From Mobula hypostoma (taxonomy: Eukaryota), in contig NC_086097.1 of assembly GCF_963921235.1 (NCBI RefSeq), positions 90,398,001 through 90,462,000 of the forward strand: a DNA stretch of 64,000 nucleotides. Reading direction: 5' to 3'. Positions 1 to 12,745 of this stretch are shown here, in pieces (the first letter of the stretch is position 1; every line of letters starts with the position of its first letter). Both the position numbers and the translations under genes were made by a program. Below the pieces are notes generated by a model that was not told where the DNA came from, did not search any database, and saw only the letters and a program-made list of their open reading frames with translations.

Positions 1-830
1 ACCACCGATGTTAGGCTAACCGGTCTATAATTCCCCGGTTTCTCTCTCCCTCCTTTTTTAAAAAGTGGAGTTACATTAGCCACCCTCCAATCCTCAGGAA
101 CTAGTCCAGAATCTAAAGAGTTTTTTGAAATTATCCCTAATGCATCCACTATTTCTTGGGCTACTTCCTTAAGCACTCTGGGATGCAGACCATCTGGCCC
201 TGGGGATTTATCTGCCTTTAACCCCTTCAATTTACCTAACACCACTTCCCTACTAACATGTATTTCCTTCAGTTCCTCCATCTCACTGGACCCTCGGTCC
301 TCTACTATCTCCGGAAGATTATTTATGTCCTCCTTAGTGAAGACAGAACCAAAGTAATTATTCAATTGGTCTGCCATGTCCTTGTTCCCGATAATCAATT
401 CACCTGTTTCTGTCTGTAGGGGACCTACATTTGGCTTAACCAATCTTTTTCTTTTCACATATCTATAAAAGCTTTTACAGTCAGTTTTTATGTTCCCTGC
501 CAGTTTTCTCTCATAATCTTTTTTCCCCTTCCTAATTAAGCCCTTTGTCCTCCACTGCTGAACTCTGAATTTCTCCCAGTCCTCAGGTGAGCCACTTTTT
601 CTGGCTAATTTGTATGCTTCTTCTTTGGAATTGATACTATCCCAATTTCCCTTGTCAGCCACGGGTGCACTACCTTCCCTGATTTATTCTTTTGCCAAAC
701 TGGGATGAACAATTGTTGTAGTTCATCCATGCGATCTTCAAATGCTTGCCATTGCATATCCACCGTCAACCGTTTAAGTATCATTTGCCAGTCTATCTTA
801 GCTAATTCATGTCTCATACCTTCAAAGTTA
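1..830 (-). mobile_element. CR1 LINE ORF2 fragment (EN-RT linker region), runs off the window edge
   Basis: Minus strand at 1-35 reads GNYRPVSLTSVV; ORF 605-871 carries CR1 ORF2 motifs (GNFEGMRHELAKIDWQ, HPWLTREI). Confidence 0.9.
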
Positions 831-863
831 CCCCCCCAACAGTTTACAGTGCAATAGTGCCCA

Positions 864-1207
864 TAAGACATAGGTGCAGAATGAGGCTACTCAGCCCATC
901 GAGTCTGCTCTGCCATTCCATCATGGCTGATAACGGATTCCACTCAACCTCTTACACCTGCCTTTCCGCTGTATCCTTTGATACCCTGACCAATCAGTAA
1001 ACTATCAACTTCTGCCTTAAATATACTCACCCTCCACCACAGTCTGTGGCAGAGCATTCCACAGATTCACTAATTCCCGGCTAAAAATATTCCTTCCTCC
1101 CTCAGTTCTAAAAGTTCGCCCCTCAGTTTTGAGGCTGTGCCCTCTAGTTTTCGATACCCCCCCAGAATAGGAAAGCTAATGTCCATATCCACCCTATCTA
1201 GTCCTTC
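864..1207 (-). mobile_element. CR1 LINE 3' end fragment
   Basis: CATAAGACATAGG..GCAGAA tail shared with the CR1 ends at 9216 and 44912; GLDRVDM motif on minus. Confidence 0.85.
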
Positions 1208-1276
1208 CTTAAATTCCAGTGCTCTTGTATTTTCCACCGTATTTGCCAGTAATGGAAGCAAGAGAGTTGTTTTGGA

Positions 1277-1475
1277 GAGACTGCAGATCCTGGGAATCCC
1301 AAGAAACAACAGACAAATGCTGGAGGAGCTCAACTGATCACACAAGATCTGTGGAAAGGAGTGAAGAGTCGATGTTTCGGGCTGAAACTCTTCATCATTG
1401 GCCTGAAACATCAACTCTTCATTTCTCTCCATAGACGCCACCTGACCTGTTGCGTTCCTCTAGCATTTTGTGTGG
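1277..1475. mobile_element. Penelope-terminus-derived fold-back mini-element
   Basis: Imperfect inverted arms (caaatgctggaggagctca / tgcgttcctctagcattttg) homologous to the termini of the 17178-19069 element; degenerate hammerhead cores in the centre. Confidence 0.7.
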
Positions 1476-2286
1476 GATACATACAAAGGGTCTGCAAAAA
1501 GAACCAAAGGAGCATCCCTCCTCACAAACCTGCCCCCTCTCTGAAAGAATGTGTAGATTCCACATCCACTTCAGAACCTGAGACGATGCAAGTCACCTTC
1601 AATCCCAAATCATCGGCAGTCGCAGGTCAACTTCAGTCCACAGGGACAGCCAAAGAAGAAGAATTAATATAACCACTGCACATTGATTGCTTCTAGTCCT
1701 GATGAAAGAATGTAGACCTGAAAATTATACTTGACTTCTACCTTCTTAGATACTTCTCAGAAGCTTTATGGATGTTTTCAAAAACTGAATTCCCTAAATG
1801 AGTCAGCAGGCAAGTTCACCACCTTGCGTGATGCACAATTGTGAAGAACTGGATTCACTTTCTGACCTGTGAGATCTTAAATGTGGAGCTTCCCCGCCCC
1901 CGTACAAAGAAGTGGGGTTTGGATTGGCATTCAGAGAGGTCCCAGCGATCAAGGGCAGTCACTTGATTCTTGCTTGGTTCTCATCCAATCTAATCAAAAA
2001 AGTAGCTCTTGACCTTGTTGCAGTGACATTATTTTAACCACACAGACTAATTTTAGCATGTTGCACACGCAATGTGGTCAAATGATCTTCCCACCTGCAG
2101 GTTTACTCAACAAACTTCTATCGTCATAGTGTAACCAAGGAAGTAAGTCTATCACAACAGTTAAGTGTTCAGACTTTGTTCTCCATCCTGCCACCTTAGC
2201 CAGGCAGGGACAGGGAAGGGAATATGAAGGCAGAGGGAATAGAGTGGGATGGAGAAGAGCAAATCAGCCCAGAAAACACATGAGAC

Positions 2287-2504
2287 TGCGGGTTTTTGCA
2301 AAAAAAAACCAAGTGTGGTGTTTTATTTTTAATGAAAACCTGTAGCACATTTTATAGAACTCCAAAAGCTAAACACCTAAAATGCACTAACAATTCTTAA
2401 ACAATAACGTCATCAAGTCAGACCAGCTGCTTAAGGTGAAACCCCAACCTAATGCCCCTGGTTGTGAATTATGGACATTTCTCCCAATTATGTTACCCTA
2501 CACA
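2287..2504 (-). repeat. 3' LTR of outer Gypsy element
   Basis: Minus strand begins TGTGTAGGGTAACATAATTGGGAGAAATGT and ends CA; preceded by a polypurine tract. Confidence 0.8.
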
Positions 2505-3588
2505 GTGCTCCCCCCCCCCCCCCCTCCCCAGAATTCACTAAAACTGGCATTGTGAGCCTGCCTGGAGCTGAGTTGAGCTGCTTGGCTTGGGCCCTGTGTT
2601 CCACGGGTGGAGGAACTGTAGGTGTCTCTGGACCATCCAGAGATGTGTTGACACACTCGTGGTCATGGCATGATGACGGGGGCATGGCAGTGATGGGCCG
2701 GTTTAAGGTGATCGACCAAGATACATTCAGGTTTCCCCTCTTATCGATAAAAGTCTTTTCTCCCCATTCCAAAATAAAGAACGGGCCATCATAAGGGGGC
2801 CTAAAGGGATGTTGGTGTGCGTCATGGCGGACGTCATGGAGGCGGAATGTAGGTCAGCAGGTACCCAAGAGTGCTGTATGCCATGATGGGAGGTAGGAAT
2901 AGGTGAAGAGGAATTGAATTTACTGAGGAGGGTGGAATGCTCTTTTGAGAGGCCGACCAGGTGGTTGTGGCGCCAGAAATGAAATCACCTGGCACTCGTA
3001 ACGGCTGCCCACATACCAATTCAGCACAGATGACTGCAAGTCCTCTTTCAGAGCAGTTCAGAATCCCAGCGAGATCATGGGAGCTGATCATACCAACTCT
3101 CGTTGGTCGGTGAAACCCTCAGAGCAGCAGGTGATATGATGTGGTGTAACGTGACGTAATGCTCAGGTTCCGGGCCATCGCAGTCCAGAGGTCGGAAATG
3201 AATTGGGGACTGCGGTCAGAGGAAGTATCAGATGGGATGCCAAGTAGGACAAACCCAGGTGCTGATGAATGCCCGAGCCACTTCTGTGGCCGTCAGTGAT
3301 GCTGGAGCAACACTCACAGCAGCCACAGCATAGTCTGAGGCGTCAGTAGTAATGGCTATGGCTGTGTTGGGGAGCACACGCACCATTAGGGTCATGTTAT
3401 AAAGAGCTTGCTTGATATCATCAGATGTTCGCTGACCAGTCAAGCATGTGATTAGGGGTATTGCTTTTAGGCACACTATACAGGGGCAATATAATTCAGC
3501 AGCTCGCAGAATGAATCAGTGATAGACATTCACCATAGCTTAGAAACTGTAGTTTTTTAGTAGTGTGGGATGGTGGGAAATCCATTAT

Positions 3589-6302
3589 TGTGTTGGGTAA
3601 CATAATTGGGAGAAATGTACATAACCCACACCACGGACATTGAGTTGGTGTTTCACTTTAAGAGGCTGGTCTGATGTAATAACATTATTATGTACAAGGT
3701 TTTTATCGTGCTTTTGTTGTGTAGATTTTGAAGTTTAATAAAATGTATCACGGGTTTCATTAAACATAAAAAGCATAACTTCATTTTATTTGCGAAAACC
3801 TACATCTAGGATGATTCTGGAGTTATTGACCATGTTGGTCAAAGCAGTCACTTCGAACCAGCTGGAGTTTTGGGATAAAAATGCTGATACTTAGTGCATA
3901 CAAGCTGAGGCCCAGTTCGCCCTGAGAGAAATCTCCACCAACAACACCAAATATTTGACTGTGGTAATGTCGTTCAGCATCTCCATGGCTGCCAGAATAG
4001 TGAGTCTGATAGAACATCCACCTGAACACGATAAATACCAATTGCTGAAAACTCGCCTTTTACAGACTTTTGGACTACCAGAGTCGATCGGCTCCCGAGT
4101 CCCCGTTTGCAGGAACTCCCTGCCATAAACCTCCAGGCACCGACAACTGCCGATGCGTTGGAAGCACCCAAATTGTACGAATTGTACTTGGAATTGTACG
4201 CTGGTCAAATAACCCCTGGGCTTCACCCCTCCACATGGTCCCTAAGTCCCATGGTGGATGCCACCTATGTAGGGATTAGCAATGCCTTAATGAGGTCACC
4301 CATCCCTGATCATTACCCGGTCCTGCACGTACAAGATATTTTGGCATATTTAGCCAGAAAGTTAATTTTTTCCAAAGTTGATCTAGTTAGGGGCTACCAT
4401 TAGGTGCCTGAGTGCTTGGAGGACATTCCCAAAACAGTTGTGATAACCCCGTTTATTCTTTTTGAGTTTCTGCGCATGCCGTTTGGGGTGAAAAATGCAG
4501 CACAGACTTTCCAACGGCTAATGCAGTCTTCATTGAAGGACTTTGATTTTCTTTTTGTTTACCTGCATGACGTACTTGCCGCCAGTGCATCCAAATCCAA
4601 ACACGTATCTCATCTCTGCACGTTTTTTGAGCATTTAAGCCAACATGGGTTGATTATTAACTCTGCTAAATGGGTTGTCAACATTGGCTTTCTCGGCCAT
4701 TTTATCTCTGCAGTATATACAAAACCCCTCCTATCAAAGGTAGCCACTATTATGGATTTCCCACTGCCCCGCACTACTAAAAAAACGACAGGAGTTTTTA
4801 GGCATGGTGAATTTCTATCACTTTTTCATTCCTCAAGCTGTGCTCCCCTGTATAGTGCACTTAAAGTCAATACCCCTGATCAAGTGCTTGACTGGTTAAC
4901 GGACATGACCAGGGCATTCGATGATACCAAACAAGCTCTTTCCAACGTGACTCTACTAGCATATCCCCCCCCCCCAACACACCCATAGCCATTACCACTG
5001 ATGCCTCAGACTATGCTGTGGATACTGTGCACGGACAGTTGATCAGAAGCATGTGGCAGCCACTCACCTTTTTCATCTGGCAGCTCCCTCCCCCTGAAGT
5101 ACAGCATTTATGACAGTGAGCTTCTTGGTCTCTATCTGGCTGTCCGCCATTTTCATTTCCTTCTAGAGGGATGCCATTTCACAGCGTTCATTGACCACAA
5201 ACCCTTCGTGATGGCCAAAATATCAGACCCTTGGTCTGCACGGCAGCAACGCCACCTGCCTACATATCCGAGTTCACAACTGATATATGAGGGGAGAAAG
5301 TAAGGCTGTGGCTGATATCCTCTTACAGCCAGCCGTTGAGACCATACACACAGGGGTTGACCATGCCAGCACAGCAGCTCACCAAGTTACTGATCCAGCG
5401 GTCCAGGTTTACCAAACAGCAGTCACGGGCTTGCAGTTGGCTGACGTTAAGTCTGGGGAAGCTGGGGTTTCTCTCCTGTGAGATGTCTCATCTGATCATC
5501 CTTGCCCGTCGTGCCCACAAGCTGGAGATGGACTGTTTTTGACTCCATATGTGGCCTCTTGCATCCGGGGCAGAAAACCTCACAGAAGATGGTTGCACTG
5601 AAGTTAGTTTAGCACAGCCTCAGAAAAGATGTGCTTGATTGGACTGCAGCTTATGTGGCGTGCCAGCGGGCATAAATTGACAGGCCATTGGCAACTTTTG
5701 AGGTCTCTCAGCGATGGTTTGACCATGTCAATGTGAATCTTGTTGGTTCTCTTTAATGCGCCCCCCCCCCACCCCTGGTTTCACGCACCTTCTTACCATG
5801 GCGGACCGTACCATCTGATGGTCAGAGGTTTTCCGTCTAGCATCGACAATGGCCGCAGACGCTCATCAGCCCCTGGGTAGCTTGATTTGGCACACCATCT
5901 GATATTTCCTCTGACCGCGGTCCCCAATTCATTTCAGACCTCTGGGCTGCGATGGCCCAGTGTGTCAACACACCTCTGGACAAGCTAGAAGCACCTGCTG
6001 TTCTTCCACTCATGGGACACAGGACCTGAGCTGGGTGGCTTGTCCGAGCTCCAGACAGGCTCACAATGCCGGTTTTAGTGAACACTAGAGAGGGTAACAT
6101 AATTGGGAGAAATGTAGATACTTCACAACAACCGACATTGAGTTGGGATTTCATTTTGAGAGGCTGGTCTGACATGATGACGTTATTATGTTAAAGGTTC
6201 TTAGTGTGCTTTTGTGGTGTAGGTTTTGGAATTCAGTAAAATGTGTTACTGGTTTCTTTAAACATAAAACGACTCACTTTGATTTATCTGTGGAAACCCA
6301 CA
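3589..6302 (+). mobile_element. Decayed Gypsy/Ty3 LTR retrotransposon (inner element) with gag/RT/RNase H/integrase remnants
   Basis: LTRs at 3589-3804 and 6086-6302. RT motifs DHYPV, FSKVDLVRGYH, FEFLRMPFGVKNAAQTFQRLM, VYLHDVL (ORFs 4107-4403 and 4404-4988). RNase H ITTDASDYAV near 4990. Many stops and frameshifts. Confidence 0.9.
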
Positions 6303-7410
6303 GTAGTGGCTGTTTTCGTTGGGAGGGGTTTCACACCGTCTACAGAGATGTGATGGCTGAGAGTGCCAATGGTTGACAACACAAAATGGCATTTAGCAAG
6401 GTTAATAATCAACCGGTGTGGGCTTAAGCGCTTGAAAAGTGCGTGGAGATGGGATAGGTGTTCAGATTTGGATGCACTGGCGTCAAGTCTGCCATCCAGG
6501 TAAATAAAAAAGAAAATCTAAGTCTTTTAATACAGAGTCAAAGGAAAGTCTGTGCTGTATTTTTCAGTCCAGATGACATGCGCAGAAACCCAAAAATGCC
6601 AAATAGGATTATCATTGCTGTGTTGGGAATATCCTCCAAGACACAGGAACTTAATGGTCGTCCCTACCCAAATCAACTTTGGAAAATATTGACTTTCTAG
6701 CTAAATGTGCAGATAATGTGCTGGCACAGTCGAAGCTGCAAGGCAGTCTGCACTTCCTAGCGTTTATACTAAAGCGAGCATGGCAAAAGCACAGGCCTGG
6801 CCTCATCTGTTTCATGCCACTGATTTCCTTCTGTTGGGGTTCTTGCTGACCAGGCTTTTTGAGGTAGAGAAAGGAGGAGGGATGATACACTGCTGCCTGG
6901 TAGACTATCAGCCATTTTAGCAAGCTCCCTATAATCCTTCATGGGTGCATTAGTGAGGGCTCTGCAAACTTGATCAGGCATTTGCTACATGAAGAGTTCT
7001 TTATAGACAAAATGAGGATGGTGATTTCCCGGGAAAGACAACATGTGGTCCATTAGCTCTGAACGCTTAGCATCACTAATGCTGGGCAAGGAGAGTAACT
7101 GTTTGGAGCACTCAGACTCGATTGTCCAAAAGTTTGTATAAGGTGAGTTTTCAGCGATTGGTACTTGTCATGTTCAGGCAGGTGTTCAAGCAGACTCACC
7201 ACTCTCGCAGCTGTGAAATTGCTGAGCGACGTTACCATGTAGCAGAGTTTGGTGTCGGTGGTGGTGATTTCCCGCAGAACGAACTGGGACTGCGCTTATA
7301 CAAACCAAACGATGGCGTTTTGCTCCCAAAACTCTAGCAGTTTCAAAGCGACTGCGTTGGCCGGCACGTTAAATAACTCCAGAATCATCTTACAGCATCA
7401 GGGTCAGCAA

Positions 7411-7624
7411 TGTAGGTTTCCACAAATAAAACAAATGAGGCATTTTATGTTTAACAAAACCCGTAACATATTTTATTGAACTCCAAAACCTACACAACAA
7501 AAACATGCTAAAAATCCATATATAACAATGTCATCATGTCAGACCAGTCCCTTATGGCAAAACCCCTACTCAATGTTGGTGGTTGTGAATTATGTACATC
7601 TGTCCTAATTACGTTACCCTTCAC
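7411..7624 (-). repeat. 5' LTR of outer Gypsy element with adjacent degenerate primer-binding site
   Basis: Homologous to the other three LTR copies; followed on minus by ttgctgaccctgatgc, resembling the tRNA-Trp PBS TGGTGACCCCGACG. Confidence 0.75.
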
Positions 7625-7634
7625 TGAAAATCTT

Positions 7635-8280
7635 GAGCAGCACACACAATACTGGCGGGACTCAGCAAGCCAGGCAACATCTAAGAAGGGAAGTGGACAG
7701 TTGACGTTTGGGTCAACAGTCAGGACTGTCTTTGTGGGCTTAATGGTGAGGTTGAGATTGGTGTGGAGAATGGAGAGCTGTGCGCTCAGAGAAGGTGAGG
7801 TTGGAATGGGCGAGGGGACTGGTGATGTCAAGACGGTTAACACCTCCTCAGCTGTTGGAAATGAAAATGATCCCAAGCAGGCAGAAATCCAGAGGGAGGG
7901 GTCTGAGGGAGAAGGGAGGCTTGAAACAGGAGAAGGAGTCCTCAGTGTGGGGAGGGTGTGCGGCATCTTGGGAATAGTAGGTTCAATTGTGGAGCCAACG
8001 GAGGAAGAGCTCAGCACGATGGCATGACAGAACTTGTTGAAGTGTGGGCTCAGGGGACAGAGCCCCTGCTGAGGGTAGAATGTTCCACCCCAGAGACGGG
8101 GAGGTTGGAGGGATGGGGAGTCATCCTTAAAGATCTTGGGTCCACAGCTGAGAACCGCTATAATCGCAGGGCGAGAAATTGGATGCCAATGTGATTGAGA
8201 GTGAGTTTGACCCAATGGAAGCACAGATACAGACCAGGGGACAGAGAGCCACTCAAACTGATTTAAGGACAAGCCCACGG
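7635..8280 (-). mobile_element. Old Penelope-like element fragment (pre-RT ORF region joined to terminal segment)
   Basis: Terminal segment 7635-7730 matches the other Penelope termini; minus strand carries frameshifted pre-RT-like peptides (PHFNKF, AELFLRWL). Confidence 0.6.
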
Positions 8281-8301
8281 ATGCAAGTTGGCAGAGGAGG
8301 A

Positions 8302-8385
8302 CTGCGTTAGATGTACACTCAGAATGGGCGTACTGACATGGAGCTGTGTTAGATGTACACTCAGAATGGGCGTACTGACATGGAA
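8302..8385. repeat. Tandem duplication, 2 x 42 bp
   Basis: ctg(c/t)gttagatgtacactcagaatgggcgtactgacatgga repeated at 8302 and 8344. Confidence 0.95.
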
Positions 8386-9215
8386 CTGGTGCATCACAGA
8401 GTCATTCACTTGACACTGGAATCAAGAGGGTTAAATAGCTGTCCTCGACCACTGGGCCCTCTCCCAACATCAATCCCACTTTATTTACAAGAGGAATGCT
8501 CCACAAGATCTCACATATGTCTAAAAACAGACAGACATGTAGTGTGAAACACTTAAAAATGAAATGTTGATTGGTATTGAGTTATAGAGAGGGAGCAGTG
8601 AACTCCTGACATGGGTGGTGGTGGGGGGGGCGTGGTGGTGGTCAGCAGTATTTGCTGCCTTTATTTTCAGAGTTCTGCCTGGTTTTCTTCAGGCAAATTC
8701 TCAGTGTAGTTTCTTATGATATACTGTATCTTCTACACACACTTCACATCACATCTCATCTTCCATCACAGATTGGAGGATGGGGGGGGGTTGCAGGGGA
8801 GGGGAGGGGTAGGTTGGCGGCAGATCAAAGGGGGAGGAGTGAGATGCAGGAATCCCAAGCGACCCATTTCACTGAGGGTCAGCCGGCTCTGGAGAATTTA
8901 CCCTCCAGGCACCCTCCTACCATATGGCTGTCTATATTGCCCATCTGTTGTGTTCTAATGTACACAGCCACACCACAGGACACAGCTACAAGGAAAAGCC
9001 TTCTAAAGGAAACAGCATGATCTGATCGCTTGTCAAATTAATAACAGAAGGAATTTTATTTTACTCAAACATTGATGTTTTATGGTGGGGTTTGAAAATG
9101 GTTAATGGAAATATAAATTAAATATGGGATTTTTGGAAATGTTATGCTCTTAATGTTGACAAGGAAACCTTTCTTCATGTTACTTTATGTGCTTATGTTT
9201 TACTGTAATAGAAAT

Positions 9216-10295
9216 GACCATAAGACCATAAGATATAGGAGCAGAATTAGGCCATTTGGCCCATTGAGTCTGCTCTGCCATTTCATCATGGCTGATCCAA
9301 TTTTTCTCTCAGCCCCAATCTCCTGCCTTCTCCACATATACCTTTATGTCCTGACCAGTCAAGAATCTATCAACCTCTGCCTTAAGTATACATAAAAACC
9401 TGACCCCCACAGCTGCCTGTGGCAAAGAATTCCACAGATTCACCACCATCTGGCTAAAGAAATTCCTCCTCATCTCCATTCTCAAAGGACGCCACTCTAT
9501 TCTGGAGCTGTGTTCTCTGCTCATAGACACTCCCACCATTGGAAACATCCTCTCCACATCCACTCTGTCAAGGCCTTTCACCATTCAATAGGTTTCAATG
9601 AGGTCACCCCTCATTCTTCTTAATTCAAGTGAATACAGGCCAGAGCCATCAAACGCTGTTTATATGATAAGCCATTGAATCCTGGAATCATTTTCATGAA
9701 TCTCCTTTGAACCCTCTCCAGTTTCAGCACATCCTTTCTAAGATAAGGGGCCCAAACCTGTTCACAATACTCCAAGTGAGTCCTCACCAGTGCTTTATAA
9801 AGTTTCAACATTACATCCGTGATTTTATATTCTAATCCTCTTGAAATGAATGCTCACATCACATTTGCCTTCCTCACCACAGACTCAGCCTGCAAATTAA
9901 CCTTTAGGAATCCTGCATAATATCTTCCAAATCCCTCTGCACCTCAGTTTATTGTATTTTCTCTCCATTTAGAAAATAGCCAATCCTTTCATTTCTTCAA
10001 CCAAATGACCATGCAATTCCCGACACTGTATTCCATCTATCGTTTCTTTGCCCAATTTCCTAATCTATCTAAGTCCATCTGCAGCCTCTCTGCTTCCACG
10101 AAACTACCTACCCCTCCACCTATCTTCATGTTGTTTGTAGACTTTGCAACAAAGCCATCAATTCCATCAACCAAATCATTGACATATAACGTAAGAAGAA
10201 GTGGTCTGAAGACCGACCCCTGTGAAACACCACTGGTTACTGGCAGCCAACCAGAAACGGCTCCCTTAATTTCCACTCTTTGCCTGCTGCCAATC
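9216..10295 (-). mobile_element. CR1 LINE, 5'-truncated (RT C-terminal half plus 3' UTR)
   Basis: GVSQGSVFRPLLLTLYVNDL, LYKALVRTHLEYCEQVWAPYLRKD, NFFSQMVVNLWNSLP; (GACCATAA)n tail. Confidence 0.92.
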
Positions 10296-10544
10296 AATAT
10301 CCACTCTCATCTCTCTTTTACACTTCCTGTATCTGAAGAAACTCCTGGTATCCTCTAAATGAACGGATTCTATGTTAATAGTTGTATGAAGCTTTGGTTA
10401 TGCCCATTCTAGAGAGCCAGGTTCATCTTTGGGCATGTGCACCTCAGCATACATATGATGACACAGGATATGACACTGCACAAATTCACCGAATACTGGA
10501 GTCAAAGGGGTTAAGCTGAGGGACAGATTGCTCGGACAGGCTTG

Positions 10545-10770
10545 TCATAGAATCATGGAATTTTACAGCACAGAAATAAGCCCTTTGACCCAGATCATCC
10601 ATGCTGACTAAGTTGCCCATCTGTGCTAGTTATATTTGCTCGTGTTTGACCCACATCTCCCGAAACCAGGGGTTCCCAACGTGGGGTCCACAGACCACTC
10701 AGTAAAGGTCCATGGCATAATAAAGGTTGGGAACCCCTACTCTACACCTTTTCTTTCTATGTACCCTTGA
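10545..10770 (-). mobile_element. CR1-tail fragment interrupted by a hAT MITE
   Basis: catagaatcatgg..tacagcacagaaa..gccc tail pattern also seen at 11160 and 62325. Confidence 0.6.
10667..10739. mobile_element. ~70-bp hAT (Charlie-like) MITE
   Basis: TIRs CAGGGGTTCCCAAC / GTTGGGAACCCCTA; same family as 56103 and 57959; degenerate 8-bp TSD. Confidence 0.8.
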
Positions 10771-10811
10771 TCACCAGATCTTCTGACTGAAAAGCTTTGG
10801 TATATGATTTC

Positions 10812-11740
10812 ATTGGAGAGAGTGCAGAGGAGATTCACCAGGAGGCAGCCTAGATTATAGGACTTTAATTATGGGGGAGATTGGATAGGTTGAGCTTATT
10901 TTCCTTGGAGCAGAGGAGACTGAGGGATGGAAACATTTAGAAAATTCTGAGAGCATAGACAGGGTAAACAATCAAAAGTTTTTTCCATGGGAGGAGCATC
11001 AGAAACAGAAGGGCAATGTGAGAAGAAGGAGTTTTAAAGGGGATTTGAAGAATTTAGTTTTTTGCACAGTATTAATATGGGAAATGCACTACCAGATAAA
11101 ATGGTGGAATCAGATATAGTCATTGTACTTAAGGGGCACTTAGGGAGACATTTAGTGTAATAGAATCTCTAAAACACTACAGCACAGAAACAGGCCATTT
11201 GGCCCATCTTATCCATGCTGAATTCTGCCGAATCCCATCTACCTGTACCCAGACCATAGCCCCCGATACCTCTTTTATCTATGTACCTTTCCAGACTTCT
11301 CTTAAATGTTACATTTGAACCTGCATCCACCACTTCTGCTGGCAGTCTGTTTCATACATCCATGATCTTCTGAATAAAGAAGTTCCTCCTCAGATTCTCC
11401 TTGAATATTTCATCTTTGGCTCCAGCTCTAGTCTCACTCAACCTGAGGAGAAAACCCTACATGCATTCATCTTTTCTGTCGCCCTCATAATTTTGTATAC
11501 CTCTATAAGATTTCCCCTCATACTCCAGTGCCCCAAGGAATAAAGTTCTAACCTTTTCAACCTTTTCCTATCACTCAGTTGCTCAAGTCCCAGCAACATC
11601 CTTGTAAACTCTCCCTGCACACTTATTGCAGGCATGAATAGGTAAGGCATAGAAGATAAAGCCCTAACGCAAGCAAATGGGATTAGTGCAGTTCGACATG
11701 GATGTGGTGAGCTGAAGGGCCTGTTTAGATGGTGTATAAC
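10812..11740 (+). mobile_element. Old CR1 3' fragment (+) split by an antisense CR1 fragment at ~11160-11620
   Basis: Plus strand ERVQRRFTR motif at ~10815 resumes with 3' UTR at ~11630; minus insert encodes VQGEFTRMLLGLEQLS..GNLIEVYKIM. Confidence 0.75.
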
Positions 11741-12364
11741 TACTTGGCTAAATGATTAGTTTGACTTCATGCCCCTGACACATGGAATTCCATCATACTG
11801 CTGACAAGGGAGAAACTTGTCAGGAGGCCAGAACAAAGGGAGATGATTTTAACATCTGACTCAATACATTCAGAGGTGATTCGCAAACTGATTGCCCAAG
11901 AATAATTTACCTATTCCGGAGCCCTGATTTTGCCGGGTTTGGTGCCAGAGCTCAACTGGGCCATGCAGAAATAACATGATGCAAACGCTGGATATAAACA
12001 ATAAGCAAGGTTTTCTTTCAAACTGGAACTTCACCTCAGGGCAAGGTCCCTGTTGAATTTACAACTGGCATCCTACTGCCACACTGACTACTATGAATAA
12101 GATGGCAGACGGATTCGCAGTATGCTCTGAAGGCTCCTAAAGACCACTTCACCCAATGGATACGGAGGTGAATGGAAAACAGGCTGACGAGATGGTAGTC
12201 GGGGGATGGGGGAGATCTCACTGCTCTGCTGTGTAGCTGGACCGTCTCCCTTGTGGCACGGGGGGCTCCCAGTCACCATAAAGTACACACTCAAACAGGC
12301 AAATGGTGATCACGTAGCACCTTACAATGAGGTTTATGGCATGGAGAGGCTGTGTTAATTATCA

Positions 12365-12745
12365 GTAGTCGTGCAATGACTCGAGTCGAGTATGATGTTC
12401 TCCGAAAGGGTTACTCCCTTAACAGAGGACACCTGTTGTTTAACATGGGGAGGCTGATGCATGGATGGCCATCACTGGTTCCTTGACAGATCATGGTCAG
12501 CATGGCATGCGAGAGACCGGGGATCCTGCACTGCTGTGGCCATCTTCCACCTTCACTGCCATTGTAGTGTGTCATTGCCCTCTGCCTGCTCCGTATTGAA
12601 GTCTTGGTTGGATGGCTCTTCGCCTGGAACCTCCTCCTTGACCTTACCACCATGGGTGACTCTACCAGGAGCTCAGCTCCGGACGGTGTCACTCTTGAGA
12701 TCTCAGGAACTCATGGGCCTCTCCACGACGGCCGTGACAATCCAC
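12365..12745 (-). mobile_element. RTE-related non-autonomous element
   Basis: gaccttaccaccatgggtgactctaccaggagc..gctccggacgg..ctcttgagatctcagga resembles the reverse complement of RTE-clade 5' regions (recognition from memory only). Confidence 0.5.

Larger units (their letters stand above)
2287..7624 (-). mobile_element. Decayed, internally deleted Gypsy/Ty3 LTR retrotransposon (outer element), interrupted by a nested copy at 3589-6302
   Basis: Related ~215-bp LTRs at 7411-7624 (5') and 2287-2504 (3'). G-rich PPT on minus at ~2509-2530. Gag remnants at 6780-7370 (KTHLIQTFG), RT remnant (IFSKVDL), RNase H motif AITTDASDYAV at ~3330-3370, integrase C-terminal remnant at 2530-3200. Confidence 0.85.

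Noticed and set aside
7508..8278. 256-aa Pro/Ser-rich ORF
   Set aside because: Off-frame read-through across a Penelope fragment and a Gypsy LTR; not a gene.
8302..8385. Direct repeat as a possible CRISPR-like array
   Set aside because: Only two adjacent units with no spacers, in eukaryotic DNA; a simple tandem duplication.
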